Assembly: GCA_030141605.1 (NCBI GenBank)
Contig: JAQGDQ010002373.1
Location: 476,848 to 540,847 of the forward strand
Origin: Tubiluchus corallicola
Taxonomy: Eukaryota; Animalia; Priapulida
Direction of reading: 5' to 3'
Length of the DNA: 64,000 bases
The stretch's first letter is position 1; each line of letters opens with the position of its first letter. Shown here one piece after another: positions 1 through 64,000 of the stretch. A model generated the notes under the pieces. The model did not search any database. It saw only the letters and a list, made by a program, of their open reading frames with translations, and was not told the origin of the DNA. Position numbers and translations under genes: made by a program.

Positions 1-255
1 CTGTTTGAGATACGCAAGAATTCAAGTTACTCGTAGTTTACTGTATAAAGTTGTAAACCGTGGCATATATTTAAAAATCACTGTGTCAAGTCACAAGTAC
101 ACACACAGAAAATATTAAAACACATAATTAGCTAAAGTTTTAAATTGGCAGCAGCTTTTAAAATTCTGTGATTCGAATAACTTATCAGTTTTACTAACTT
201 GCCATACTTGTGTGCATTTTACATGTACATATAGTACATACGTACAAATTCCTAC

Positions 256-54538
<54,283 letters not shown>

Positions 54539-55099
54539 CTGTAAAAAAAATCCATTTTTACTTTTGTTTTATCAAACTAGAGTCAGAATTACCTGCCAAC
54601 ATTCAAACCATCAGTTGAAATGAACCCAAATCATTTTTATACGAATTTTAATCCTCAGCAATCAGTAGAGATGCAATGTCAGATAGGAACTTGCTCAATC
54701 TCAGATATGCTACATGCCACAACCTGAGTCCCAGTCAATTTAAAGACAATATAAAAAATACATTGACATCCAGCTTATGTGTTTTATTTTATAATATTTG
54801 CTATTTAAAAATGTTCAAGAAAATGTTCGTTGTGTAATTATGTTGTCAAATGAAGGTCCAATTAATCAGATAGCTTTAGTTTTTACTGACTTCATATGAA
54901 AGAGTACAAAAATTATAGGTATTCAAAAACACCAGTGGTGTTTTCTGATATTAGTCAACAATTAAAGCAACCACAGTATTTTCTCAGCTCAAAATGCAAT
55001 CGTATTAGGGTCTATAATAACTTTCTTATAAAGTAGTATCGTCTTTTTAAAATGAAACGATTATAATTTTTGTAAAAAATCTAGAAAATGAGGTGTTTT

Positions 55100-58000
55100 C
55101 GCATTACACTTAAGATGTGCAAAGCGGGTAACTTACACTATAAATTCTTGCAATTAATAATTCATGATCTCATTAAGTACAATATTGCTGTATTCATGTA
55201 CAAAACTGTTGTGTTTCTTTCTCTCGGAAGGCTCGAAGAGAAAACAAGAAAACACGTTGTCAAATTGAACATGTTTATTGTGTGAGAATTCCACAACACA
55301 AAAGTATGAAGGAACGTGAAATATACACAGTCAAGTGATAAGAAAATAGCATACGATAATCTGAGAATCTGACATTAATCTGAGAATACGAGAATAAAGT
55401 TGAGCGGCCAGCTCCGCCTTGTATATCAGTGCACATGGACTAAACCAGAACAATCTAGAAACTACTACACGCATCGCGTATAGAAAGTTCTCGAATCTTC
55501 TACAAGGTAAGAAGATTGTTCTACTATACAGCAGAGTCTCCACAACGCCTCCCCACCGAAACTAATGCTACCTCTAAAGCATCAGCAACAAAGTCTCTCT
55601 CTCGGCTTGGGTGTTCTCTTAGATCGTCTAGGGTTGTCCGGTCCATACTCTGGCACAGGCAGAGCCGGTCTGCTTCAGAGTTTCTGACAGTTCTTCCAGG
55701 ATCTCCATTGGATGATCAGGTGGAAGCTCAAAAGAAAAATCCCTCTCATCATCAGATTCAAAGTCCTCCACAGAAGCGTAGCTGTTTCCAGCGTCATCTC
55801 CATACTGAACTATGAGGAAGGACCTTGACGTTGAAGCAGTGAGTACCCAGAGACTTCTTGATGACCGCTGGTACCATTGGGGATGTCTGTCTCAACGAGG
55901 TCTATAGTACAGTGCATAGACAGGCTCCCCAGACTTGTACTGCTTGGTGACCTTGGCGACACCTCCCGAGTCTGGAGTTGACCGAGATGACTGCCTGGAT
56001 TGCTTACCCTGAGGTTGTGCGCTGGCGAGGGTAGCAGAGAGTCGATCGTTTTCTGTATCTGCTCAAACATCAAGAGTTCACTCGGAGAGAATCCACAGGA
56101 TGTCGGTGTTCTCTGGTACTGCATCAGGAACTCTTGAAGAGCTCGCTTTGGGGGCAGAGAAGACTTCCTGAGTGCTTGCTTGAACGTCTACACCAAGCAT
56201 TTTGCTGCTCCCTTGGTAGCTGGATGGTATGATGCTCCTGTGAGATGTGTGATCCCACATTCTTTGCATGGAACTCTTCAGACATGAAGGTTGATGCATT
56301 GTCTGTAACCAACGTGTGAGGGAATCTGAAGTGAACAAAGTCCTCTTCCAGCAGATCTAGAGTGGCTCTAGTGGACATGGAAGACTTATGGTGAATGCAT
56401 GCATACTTTGAGTAAGCATCAGTGATCACCAGCCAGTTCATACCTATGAAGTTAATGGCATGGTCCAGGTGTAAGCGGCTCCATGGCTTCTCTGGTAGCA
56501 TCCGTGGGTGATCTGCAGGCTTGGATGGCTTGTTTTGATGTTCTCGATAGCTGCATCGATACCAGGCCAGTAGACAGCAGTTCTTGCTAACTGCTTCATG
56601 CGTTCCATGCCGAAGTGCCCGATATGCAGTAGATCCAGGATCTTGGATTGCACGCTCTGTGGAATCACAACTCTTGATCCATGAATGAGGCATCCGTGGC
56701 AGATACTGAGTGAGTATCCAGAACTTTTCGACTTCTTCGTTGATCTCAGCGTGCTTGGGCGGCCACCATTCTCGGACATCGCGCTTGACTGTAGATAGCA
56801 CTGGGTCTTTCTCTGACTCTTGCCAGAGGATTTTGGCGTCCACAGGCTTGACTTGAAGACTGAGAACTTTGATGGCACACACCATGTCCTTGTCTGCACC
56901 ATTTTTCTTCCTGTCGAAGTCGTTGTCGTCTCCAGATGGCAAGCGACTAAGGGCATCTGCATTGCCGTGATCTGCTGTTTTCCGGTATTCAATGGTGTAC
57001 TCAAACTGGTTCAGCCACAGGGCTCACCGAGCTAGATGATTAGCTGCAAGACGTGGCGTCCCTTTCTTCGGTCCAAAGAGTGATGTCAGTGGCTTATGAT
57101 TAGTCACCAGTATGAAATGATGCCCGTAGAGGTACTGGTAGAATTTCCGCAAGCCAAAGGTGATGGCTAGGGCTTCTTTGTGGATTTGGCTGTAGTTCCT
57201 TTCTGTTGCTGTGAGAGTCTTGGACAGATTGGCAATTGTGCGCTCGCTACCGTCTGGATAGCGATGAAACAGGACAGCTCCAATTCCAATGTTGGATGCA
57301 TCACAAGCCAATCCCACAGGCTTGTCAGGGTCAAAATGCACCAGGACTTGATCTCGGGATAGCACATTCTTCAACAATTCAAATGCTGCTTGCTCCTCAT
57401 CTCCCCTCTTCCAGGGAACTGACTTCTTGGTCAAGCGGCAAAGAGGCTCTGCCATATCTTCATAGCGTCCATATCTTCTTTGTGTTGCTGTGCCTGCTGA
57501 TACATCTGTTCCCTCTGGATATGAATCTGCTGCGCCTGCTGATTCATCTGTCCTTCATAAAGTCGACAATCTGCTCCGCCATCATTGCTAAGATAAACAA
57601 CTGTCCACTGAGTCACCAAGGATCCTGACGACTGCGCCAAAATTTGTTGTGTTTCTTTCTCTCGAAAGGCTCGTAGATAAAACAAGAAAACACGTTGTCA
57701 AATTGAACAGGTTAAGTGTGTGAGAATTTCACAACACAAAAGGAACGCGAAATATACACAGTCAAGTGATAAAAAAATAGTATACGATAATCTGAGAATC
57801 TGAAATTAATCTGAGAATACGAGAATAAACTTTCGCGGCCAGCTCCGCCTTGTATATCAGTGCACATGGACTAAACCAGAACAATCTAGGAACTACTACG
57901 CGCATCGCGAATAGAAAGTTCTCGAATCTTCTACAAGGTAAAAAGATTGGTCTACTATACTATAGAATCTCCACAACAAAAATCCAGTTTAATTTGTTTC

Positions 58001-58130
58001 CGCAATTTTTCATAAATCTCATAAACAAAAATATCATACACCATAACACTAGGTATAACGAATATTATATTAAATATTGCAGAACTAACGTTGCTAAACA
58101 TTTTGTGTCTTTTGTAGGTCCAAATGGAAC
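55100..58130 (+). mobile_element. CR1-like LINE ORF2 C-terminal remnant, split by the Gypsy insertion
   Basis: IHDLIKYNIAVFMYK | (Gypsy) | IQFNLFPQFF...IHHNTR..YCRTNVAKHFVSFVGP rejoins in frame across the TSD. Confidence 0.75.
55207..57978 (-). mobile_element. Ty3/Gypsy LTR retrotransposon, internally deleted and frameshifted
   Basis: LTRs 55207-55547 and 57645-57978 (TG...CA/CG); PBS TGGCGCAGTCG; PPT CGGTGGGGAGG; RNase H LACDASNIGIGAVL..NYSQIHKEAL; integrase HIGHFG / WSRLHLD / DAYSKY / LVTDNA; TSD AAAAC/AAAAT. Confidence 0.95.
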
Positions 58131-59124
58131 CAGTGGTCATAAGTCACATGAAAGTCATTTATTTCACCTTACACATTTACAATGGTTACATATACAATAT
58201 CTAGTGAAAGGGCCTACAATGGATATAATACAAATAAGAAATACTGCACAGAAAAAGCCTCAAACACTGTTCACTTATACACGAAGGTAAATGTGTTGCG
58301 GGCAATCAAAAAGCAGGGCTTGTTAGATTGTCCCACACAGTGATAGAGAAAAGGTAATCTGAAAATTTAAAGTGAATCGTGATAAAAAACATTAGTGCTT
58401 AAAATGGAATGATGTAATGAATGAAACTCATATATGGAAGTTTGGAATTCTATTTCTTGTAATATTAAAACAGTATCACGGCTACCTAGATTTAAGAAGA
58501 TGATGAAAACGTATCTCTTAAATACATATTAGGTGGACTTGACCTTGACCATTCTACCTATATTGTATACATGTACTATGTTTGACGCCACTCAGTCTAT
58601 CCCTGTTTTAGCTTAGCTGCAAGCAGTTGCATATTAATTGTTCAGATATGAATTGCTCCCTTGATAAGAAATTGTTAGTAATTTTAGCCATTTTGTTTAC
58701 TATTGTGTAGTTGTACTTACGATGTTATATGTCCATAATTGTAATAGTGTTTTCCTCTAATAAACAAACTAATAATGAAATGAAATGTAACTAACGTCAG
58801 TGATTAAGCTTTCAGCTATTCAACTGTTGAAACGTAGGCCAGATGCTAGTAGATAATAGTTGCTATTTGATTTAGGACCTATTTTTATTGAAATTAATTT
58901 ACCATTCGCATGTAGGGACAGGAAATTAAATGACCCTTTGGCATTCTCGTGTCCATGACTATTACTTAAAATATATACTAAGAATATGTTATACAAAGAG
59001 ACTAGTTTCGACACTATCTCTTCGATTAGTCAGAGTTCAAAACACGTTTATAATTTAATACAAGAAAAACAATGAAATTGATGCTTGAAAGTCTGTTCAG
59101 TGTATTGATGTCCCGCCATCATGT

Positions 59125-59268
<144 letters not shown>

Positions 59269-59708
59269 GCGCAGGTTATTGCGCAAGTTGGATGTCTCAG
59301 TAAAGTGCTCGCATTTTCTAACTTTTTATGTGCAAATTTTGAAGTTTTCTCATAATGACTTATACCATCGTGTGTATAAAGAGACAAGGAATGTGATTAT
59401 AATAATATTTTTGGAGATTGATTAATACTAGTGTGAATATTAGCGGAAAACCATATTTGTGAAAATATTGTTAACATACGTTGGGCCAAGAACTTGTATG
59501 ACAGGTTGGCCTTGGAAATTTAAAGCATTATTGACTGGTAATCACCTACGTATTGTCATGACAATTGGGTGATTAAGCAGCACTATGGCTCCATCCACGT
59601 GTCAGTTATGCAGGAGGAAATACCCGGATGCTATACCACATACAGAGTTTGGGCAGCTTACTATCTGTACAAAGTGCTGTACGTCCAGGAAAGTAGCTCT
59701 AGACGATA

Positions 59709-61805
59709 GTGACTCTATACATGAATTATCATCATTCCAGGGAGGATCGGTCAATTGGCACGCAACTCCTAACATCAGATCCTGTCAAGAAGCTGGTGCT
59801 CATACACAGCGAATTAAATTATTTTGCCCAAAATCAGCTTGAAGCTGGTGCGACTTATTTAGATCTTGCAACTATCATCCATGACCATTACACTGATGAA
59901 GAATGTGAAGATGCAAAAGCATTACTCTTAGACTTTATTCCTGCAGAAGCCACCGAAAAGCCTGACTTCACTAAAAACAGGATCGGTCCCTCGAAGAGAA
60001 GGGCAAATGCAATGGACATTCTTAAGCTTTTACAATATGGGTCAATTATGGACGCAGTACCGTCACCTAGGTTTGTGTCAGCATACTCCCATAAAATGCC
60101 ACCAATGACACTGAAATCAGTTGATACATCTGTCATTGTTAAGAAATTGCAAACAGTTCAACAGGAACTCCAAGAACTGAAAGAAAACTCTGTTTCTAGG
60201 GCTGAGATTGATGCTCTGCTAAAAGTACATCTGTCCAAAGCTGTGCCTCCCGTGTCTTCAAAAACAGACTCATCACAAAAGAAAAGTTACTCTGAAACAA
60301 CCAGAAGCTGCCTAGTGAACACGGAACTTACAAACGTGAGCAAGCAGCAAACGAGCGACAAGATTGTTGATGACGACAATGACGGATTCACGATTGTGAA
60401 AAAACGGCGGCGCCCACGTAATGTGAATAATAGAGAATCCAAGAAAGTCATCACAGGATCTGCTACTGGCCTTGGAGTATTCCTAAGACCGAGCAAACCA
60501 CTACGACGAATATTCATTACCCGTCTAGATCCTAGTACCGACGCAACGGAGGTTCAGCGTTTTGTAGATGAATCGTGCAACATTACAGTTAATGTGGAAC
60601 AACTTAAGACAAAATTTAATACATACTCCTCATTTGTTATAAGCTGTCATGGTACGGACGAGTATGATAAAATTATGAACGCAGAGTTATGGCCAGTTGG
60701 CACGCTGATGAAGCCATTCTATACTTCTAGAGCTGCAAAACTGACTGTGAATCAGCCTTTAACGCAGAAAGCAAAGGTATTATCAAACGACGGCTATAGA
60801 CCAGTAGGTAATAGAGAAGCAGGGAATGATACACTTGATCAGCAAACGGAATGTGGCGGCGCCACCAGCAGCACCACTAATCATACTAATAATAATGAAC
60901 TGCAACCAAACACAAACACAGACTTGAAGGTAGCGAGCTATTACTGCAATTCAGTGTTGCACCCTGAGTCTCAATACGTACTACAGGAACTGCGCAAATC
61001 TATTGATGTGCTACTTTTGCAAGAAACGATGTTGCCTAAACAAGAGCTAGAACACCTATCTTGCATTCACCCAGAATTCTATGGACATGGAGTTTCACCA
61101 ACCGATTTCTCTACAGGAATACCAGATGGTAGACCACAAGGAGGCTTGGCTATCTTATGGCGAAAAACTCTTCCTGTTACCAGTAAAATACTTACCTATG
61201 ATGACGAATGCAGAGTAATGGGTATTTCTCTTTCATTTCCTGATAAGTTAATGCCACTTGTATTAATTAATGTTTACTTTCCCTATGAAGCTGATAATAA
61301 TTTTGATGAGTTTAATCATTGTCTAGGCACTCTCACCTCTATTATTGAAACTACAGAGTCTAGCTATGTTTGTTGTGTCGGGGACTTCAATTCCCATCCT
61401 CAAAAAAGGTTTTACGCGGAGCTAAGTGAAACGTGTAATGCTAATGACTATATTATATCTGATGTAGCGAAAATGCCAAGTTCTTCATTTACGTTCGTTA
61501 GTGTAGCCCACAACTCAACTACATGGCTTGAATATGTAATTAGTACTATGGCTATGGACTCTTTAATTGGAGATATCTGTGTAAATTATGAGCTAACAAG
61601 TTCAGATCACATGCCCTTACTACTAAACGTGCATATAGATCGAATGGCTTTATCACCTAATGGTGCGGCTACAGTCACTGTAAATGACGTTTTGAATGGC
61701 CAAGTGTCGTGTGATTCGGACACACCTTGTAAACCAATAGTGCCTTTTTTATGGTTGACTAGGAGAAAGCTGAAAGTAATCATCTCCTCGAATACCAAAC
61801 AATGA
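59709..61805 (+). CDS. LINE ORF1 (RRM-like) in frame with an apurinic-like endonuclease
   Basis: IFITRLDPST..LKTKFNTYSSF..LWP (ORF1 type); LLQET, GGLAILWRK, VGDFNS, SSDHMPL (APE). Confidence 0.85.
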   Translation: MTLYMNYHHSREDRSIGTQLLTSDPVKKLVLIHSELNYFAQNQLEAGATYLDLATIIHDHYTDEECEDAKALLLDFIPAEATEKPDFTKNRIGPSKRRANAMDILKLLQYGSIMDAVPSPRFVSAYSHKMPPMTLKSVDTSVIVKKLQTVQQELQELKENSVSRAEIDALLKVHLSKAVPPVSSKTDSSQKKSYSETTRSCLVNTELTNVSKQQTSDKIVDDDNDGFTIVKKRRRPRNVNNRESKKVITGSATGLGVFLRPSKPLRRIFITRLDPSTDATEVQRFVDESCNITVNVEQLKTKFNTYSSFVISCHGTDEYDKIMNAELWPVGTLMKPFYTSRAAKLTVNQPLTQKAKVLSNDGYRPVGNREAGNDTLDQQTECGGATSSTTNHTNNNELQPNTNTDLKVASYYCNSVLHPESQYVLQELRKSIDVLLLQETMLPKQELEHLSCIHPEFYGHGVSPTDFSTGIPDGRPQGGLAILWRKTLPVTSKILTYDDECRVMGISLSFPDKLMPLVLINVYFPYEADNNFDEFNHCLGTLTSIIETTESSYVCCVGDFNSHPQKRFYAELSETCNANDYIISDVAKMPSSSFTFVSVAHNSTTWLEYVISTMAMDSLIGDICVNYELTSSDHMPLLLNVHIDRMALSPNGAATVTVNDVLNGQVSCDSDTPCKPIVPFLWLTRRKLKVIISSNTKQ

Positions 61806-63817
61806 CACAGTCTTTGCTATCTGGAATCGTTGTCCCGTACGACGCAATTTATTGTGGTGACATTCACTGTCAGAACCCCAATCATAGACAACAACTTGCT
61901 TTGATGCATGACGCAATTATATCTGCGCTAAATTCTGCGGCTGAGAATACGCTGCCTAGTTATAAGCCGTCACAAAATCATGAACGTATAAAGGATAAAA
62001 TAATACCTGGCTGGAACGAATTCGTTTCTGAAAAACACAGACACTTTCGTCACTGTTTTTTAAATTGGTGTGCGAATGGCAAGCCTCGGAATGGGCTCAT
62101 TGCTGATGAAATGCGCCAGGCACGTTCACGTTTTAAGCTTGCATTACGTGAATGCAAGATCCAAGAGAAAACAATTGTCGCAGATAAAATTGCTCATAAG
62201 TTTATGAACTGTAATTCTTATGAATTTTGGGCCATGATAAAAAGGGAAACTAACTCAAGAATTCCTTTACCCCCTAAAATAGACGAAATTTCAGGCGATA
62301 AGGCTATATGTGATATGTGGGGGAAGCACTATAAAAAGATTTTAAATTCTGCAAATAACGGTGACGTTGCAGCAAAATTAGACTTGAAGTTAAGTAGTAA
62401 TATGGGTATTGTGAGTTCTTTCACTGTGAGAGAAGTGCAAGAGGCCATTTCAAAACTATCTCTGCACAAATCGGCTGGAAATGATGCAATTAAATCGGAG
62501 CATTTTAGGTTTGCTTCACATATGCTGCCAATAGAATTATCACTTTTATTAAGCGCTTGTGTCATACATTGTTTTTTGCCTGATTCTCTAATGCTGTCTG
62601 TCATTGTACCGATTGTGAAAGACAAAAATAAGGAAATCACAGCCAAAAATAATTATAGGCCAATAGCACTATCCACAGTGTTGAACAAATTATTAGAAAT
62701 TTTGTTTTTAAGCAGATACGGTAACTCAATTCAATCAACACCAAATCAGTTTGGTTACGTGAATGAACTGGGTACCGAAATGTGTTTGTATACCATGAAA
62801 GAAGTTATTGACTATTACATTCAACGCCAGAGTCCAGTACACATATTGTTCTTAGATGCATCTAAAGCTTTTGACCGGGTAAATTACTACAAAATGTTTC
62901 TAAAACTGGTCGATACTGATATGCCTAACATTATTATAAGATTATTAGCCTTTTACTACTCTCGACAAACCATGTTTGTGAGGTGGGGAAATTTTTGCTC
63001 TTGCACATTTAAAGTCGCAAATGGTGTTCGGCAGGGTGCAAAAATGTCACCCATACTATTTAATTTATATTTCAGAGACTTGAGTTCTGACCTCAGATCT
63101 ACCGGTCTAGGTTGTCAGATAGGTGGTACTTATATAAATCACCTTATGTTTGCTGATGATGGATGTTTACTAGCATCCACTACCACTGCTTTACAAACTT
63201 TAGTTGATATGTATGTTGATTACGCAAATAGTCATGACATAGTAATAAACGTCGACAAGGCTAAACTCATAACAATTACACCCCCCAGTATGTGTGGGTT
63301 CAATTTCAGTTCACCTGAGGTAGCCGGTAAAATAATTATACCGTGTGAAACAGAAAAGTATCTTGGCCATATCATCACCAGTGATAACAAAGATGACATG
63401 GATGTTATCAGACAACGAAGTCTGTTTTGCACTAGAGCGAACCGTATTCTTAGAAAATTTCATCATTGTTCACCTAATGTCAAAACTCGTCTGTTCAACT
63501 CTTATTGTAATTCTTTCTACGGTATGGCCACCTGGCGACATTTTTATAACTACAGTCTCAGCAAACTTAAAGTAGCTCACAATATTTCAAAACGCAAACT
63601 TTTCAACTACCCATATGATTATAGTTCTAGGACCATTTCAGTAGACCACGATGTTTTATACTTTGATGTAGTACATAGGAAAACTGCATACAGTCTATAC
63701 ATTAGAGTAATGCAAAGCTCAAATCTTCTCATAAACGCATTGAATAACAGTGAAGCATTTTACACTTCAGACATAAGAGACCAGTGGAGGAAAGTGTTAG
63801 GTAGAAATTATGAGTGA
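61802..63817 (+). CDS. LINE reverse transcriptase
   Basis: IPGWNEFV..W..GKPRNG, NYRPIAL, FLDASKAFDRV, GVRQG, FADD, KYLGH. Confidence 0.92.
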   Translation: MTQSLLSGIVVPYDAIYCGDIHCQNPNHRQQLALMHDAIISALNSAAENTLPSYKPSQNHERIKDKIIPGWNEFVSEKHRHFRHCFLNWCANGKPRNGLIADEMRQARSRFKLALRECKIQEKTIVADKIAHKFMNCNSYEFWAMIKRETNSRIPLPPKIDEISGDKAICDMWGKHYKKILNSANNGDVAAKLDLKLSSNMGIVSSFTVREVQEAISKLSLHKSAGNDAIKSEHFRFASHMLPIELSLLLSACVIHCFLPDSLMLSVIVPIVKDKNKEITAKNNYRPIALSTVLNKLLEILFLSRYGNSIQSTPNQFGYVNELGTEMCLYTMKEVIDYYIQRQSPVHILFLDASKAFDRVNYYKMFLKLVDTDMPNIIIRLLAFYYSRQTMFVRWGNFCSCTFKVANGVRQGAKMSPILFNLYFRDLSSDLRSTGLGCQIGGTYINHLMFADDGCLLASTTTALQTLVDMYVDYANSHDIVINVDKAKLITITPPSMCGFNFSSPEVAGKIIIPCETEKYLGHIITSDNKDDMDVIRQRSLFCTRANRILRKFHHCSPNVKTRLFNSYCNSFYGMATWRHFYNYSLSKLKVAHNISKRKLFNYPYDYSSRTISVDHDVLYFDVVHRKTAYSLYIRVMQSSNLLINALNNSEAFYTSDIRDQWRKVLGRNYE

Positions 63818-64000
63818 CGACTCAGGCTGGACGCATGATATTGTATATATATATATAGATTGTACTGTTACTTTATTTATTTATGTATTAATTTGCAGGT
63901 GTTGAGAGGAGGTGTTATAATTATTGTATGTCTTGTAATTATTGTATGTTATGTATTCTATGAACTTGGTTCGAAATAAAGAGTTAAATCAAATCAAATC

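Noticed and set aside
58820-59014. Upstream GH31 exon (trefoil or N-terminus) between the Gypsy element and the LINE
   Set aside because: No trefoil cysteines, LxxK-type ending or suitable donor. The upstream exon probably lies beyond 64000.

Overview
AT-rich, intron-rich animal (invertebrate-type) genomic DNA. Most of the window (256-54538, minus strand) is one multi-exon glycoside hydrolase family 31 gene of the maltase-glucoamylase/sucrase-isomaltase type. I traced 40 GT-AG exons by hand, and they splice into an open frame of about 1700 codons: GH31 module A, a linker, a trefoil (P-type) domain, then GH31 module B. Both modules keep the WIDMNE nucleophile and WTGDN acid/base motifs. The 5' and 3' ends of the gene lie outside the window. 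Notable structure: (1) a tandemly duplicated, frame-incompatible exon pair (53864-54038 and 51958-52126) that looks like mutually exclusive splicing of a substrate-contacting loop; (2) a 510-nt exon in module A that corresponds to five exons in module B; (3) two intronless class-A GPCR paralogues nested antisense in one intron of module B. The introns are crowded with transposons: an internally deleted Gypsy element nested in a LINE, a nearly full-length RTE-X-like LINE, a long-TIR DNA transposon, hAT/Tc1/other MITEs, SINEs, a degenerate hammerhead-like motif, and minisatellites, one with a 288-bp higher-order unit. All coordinates were read by eye and no database searches were run.
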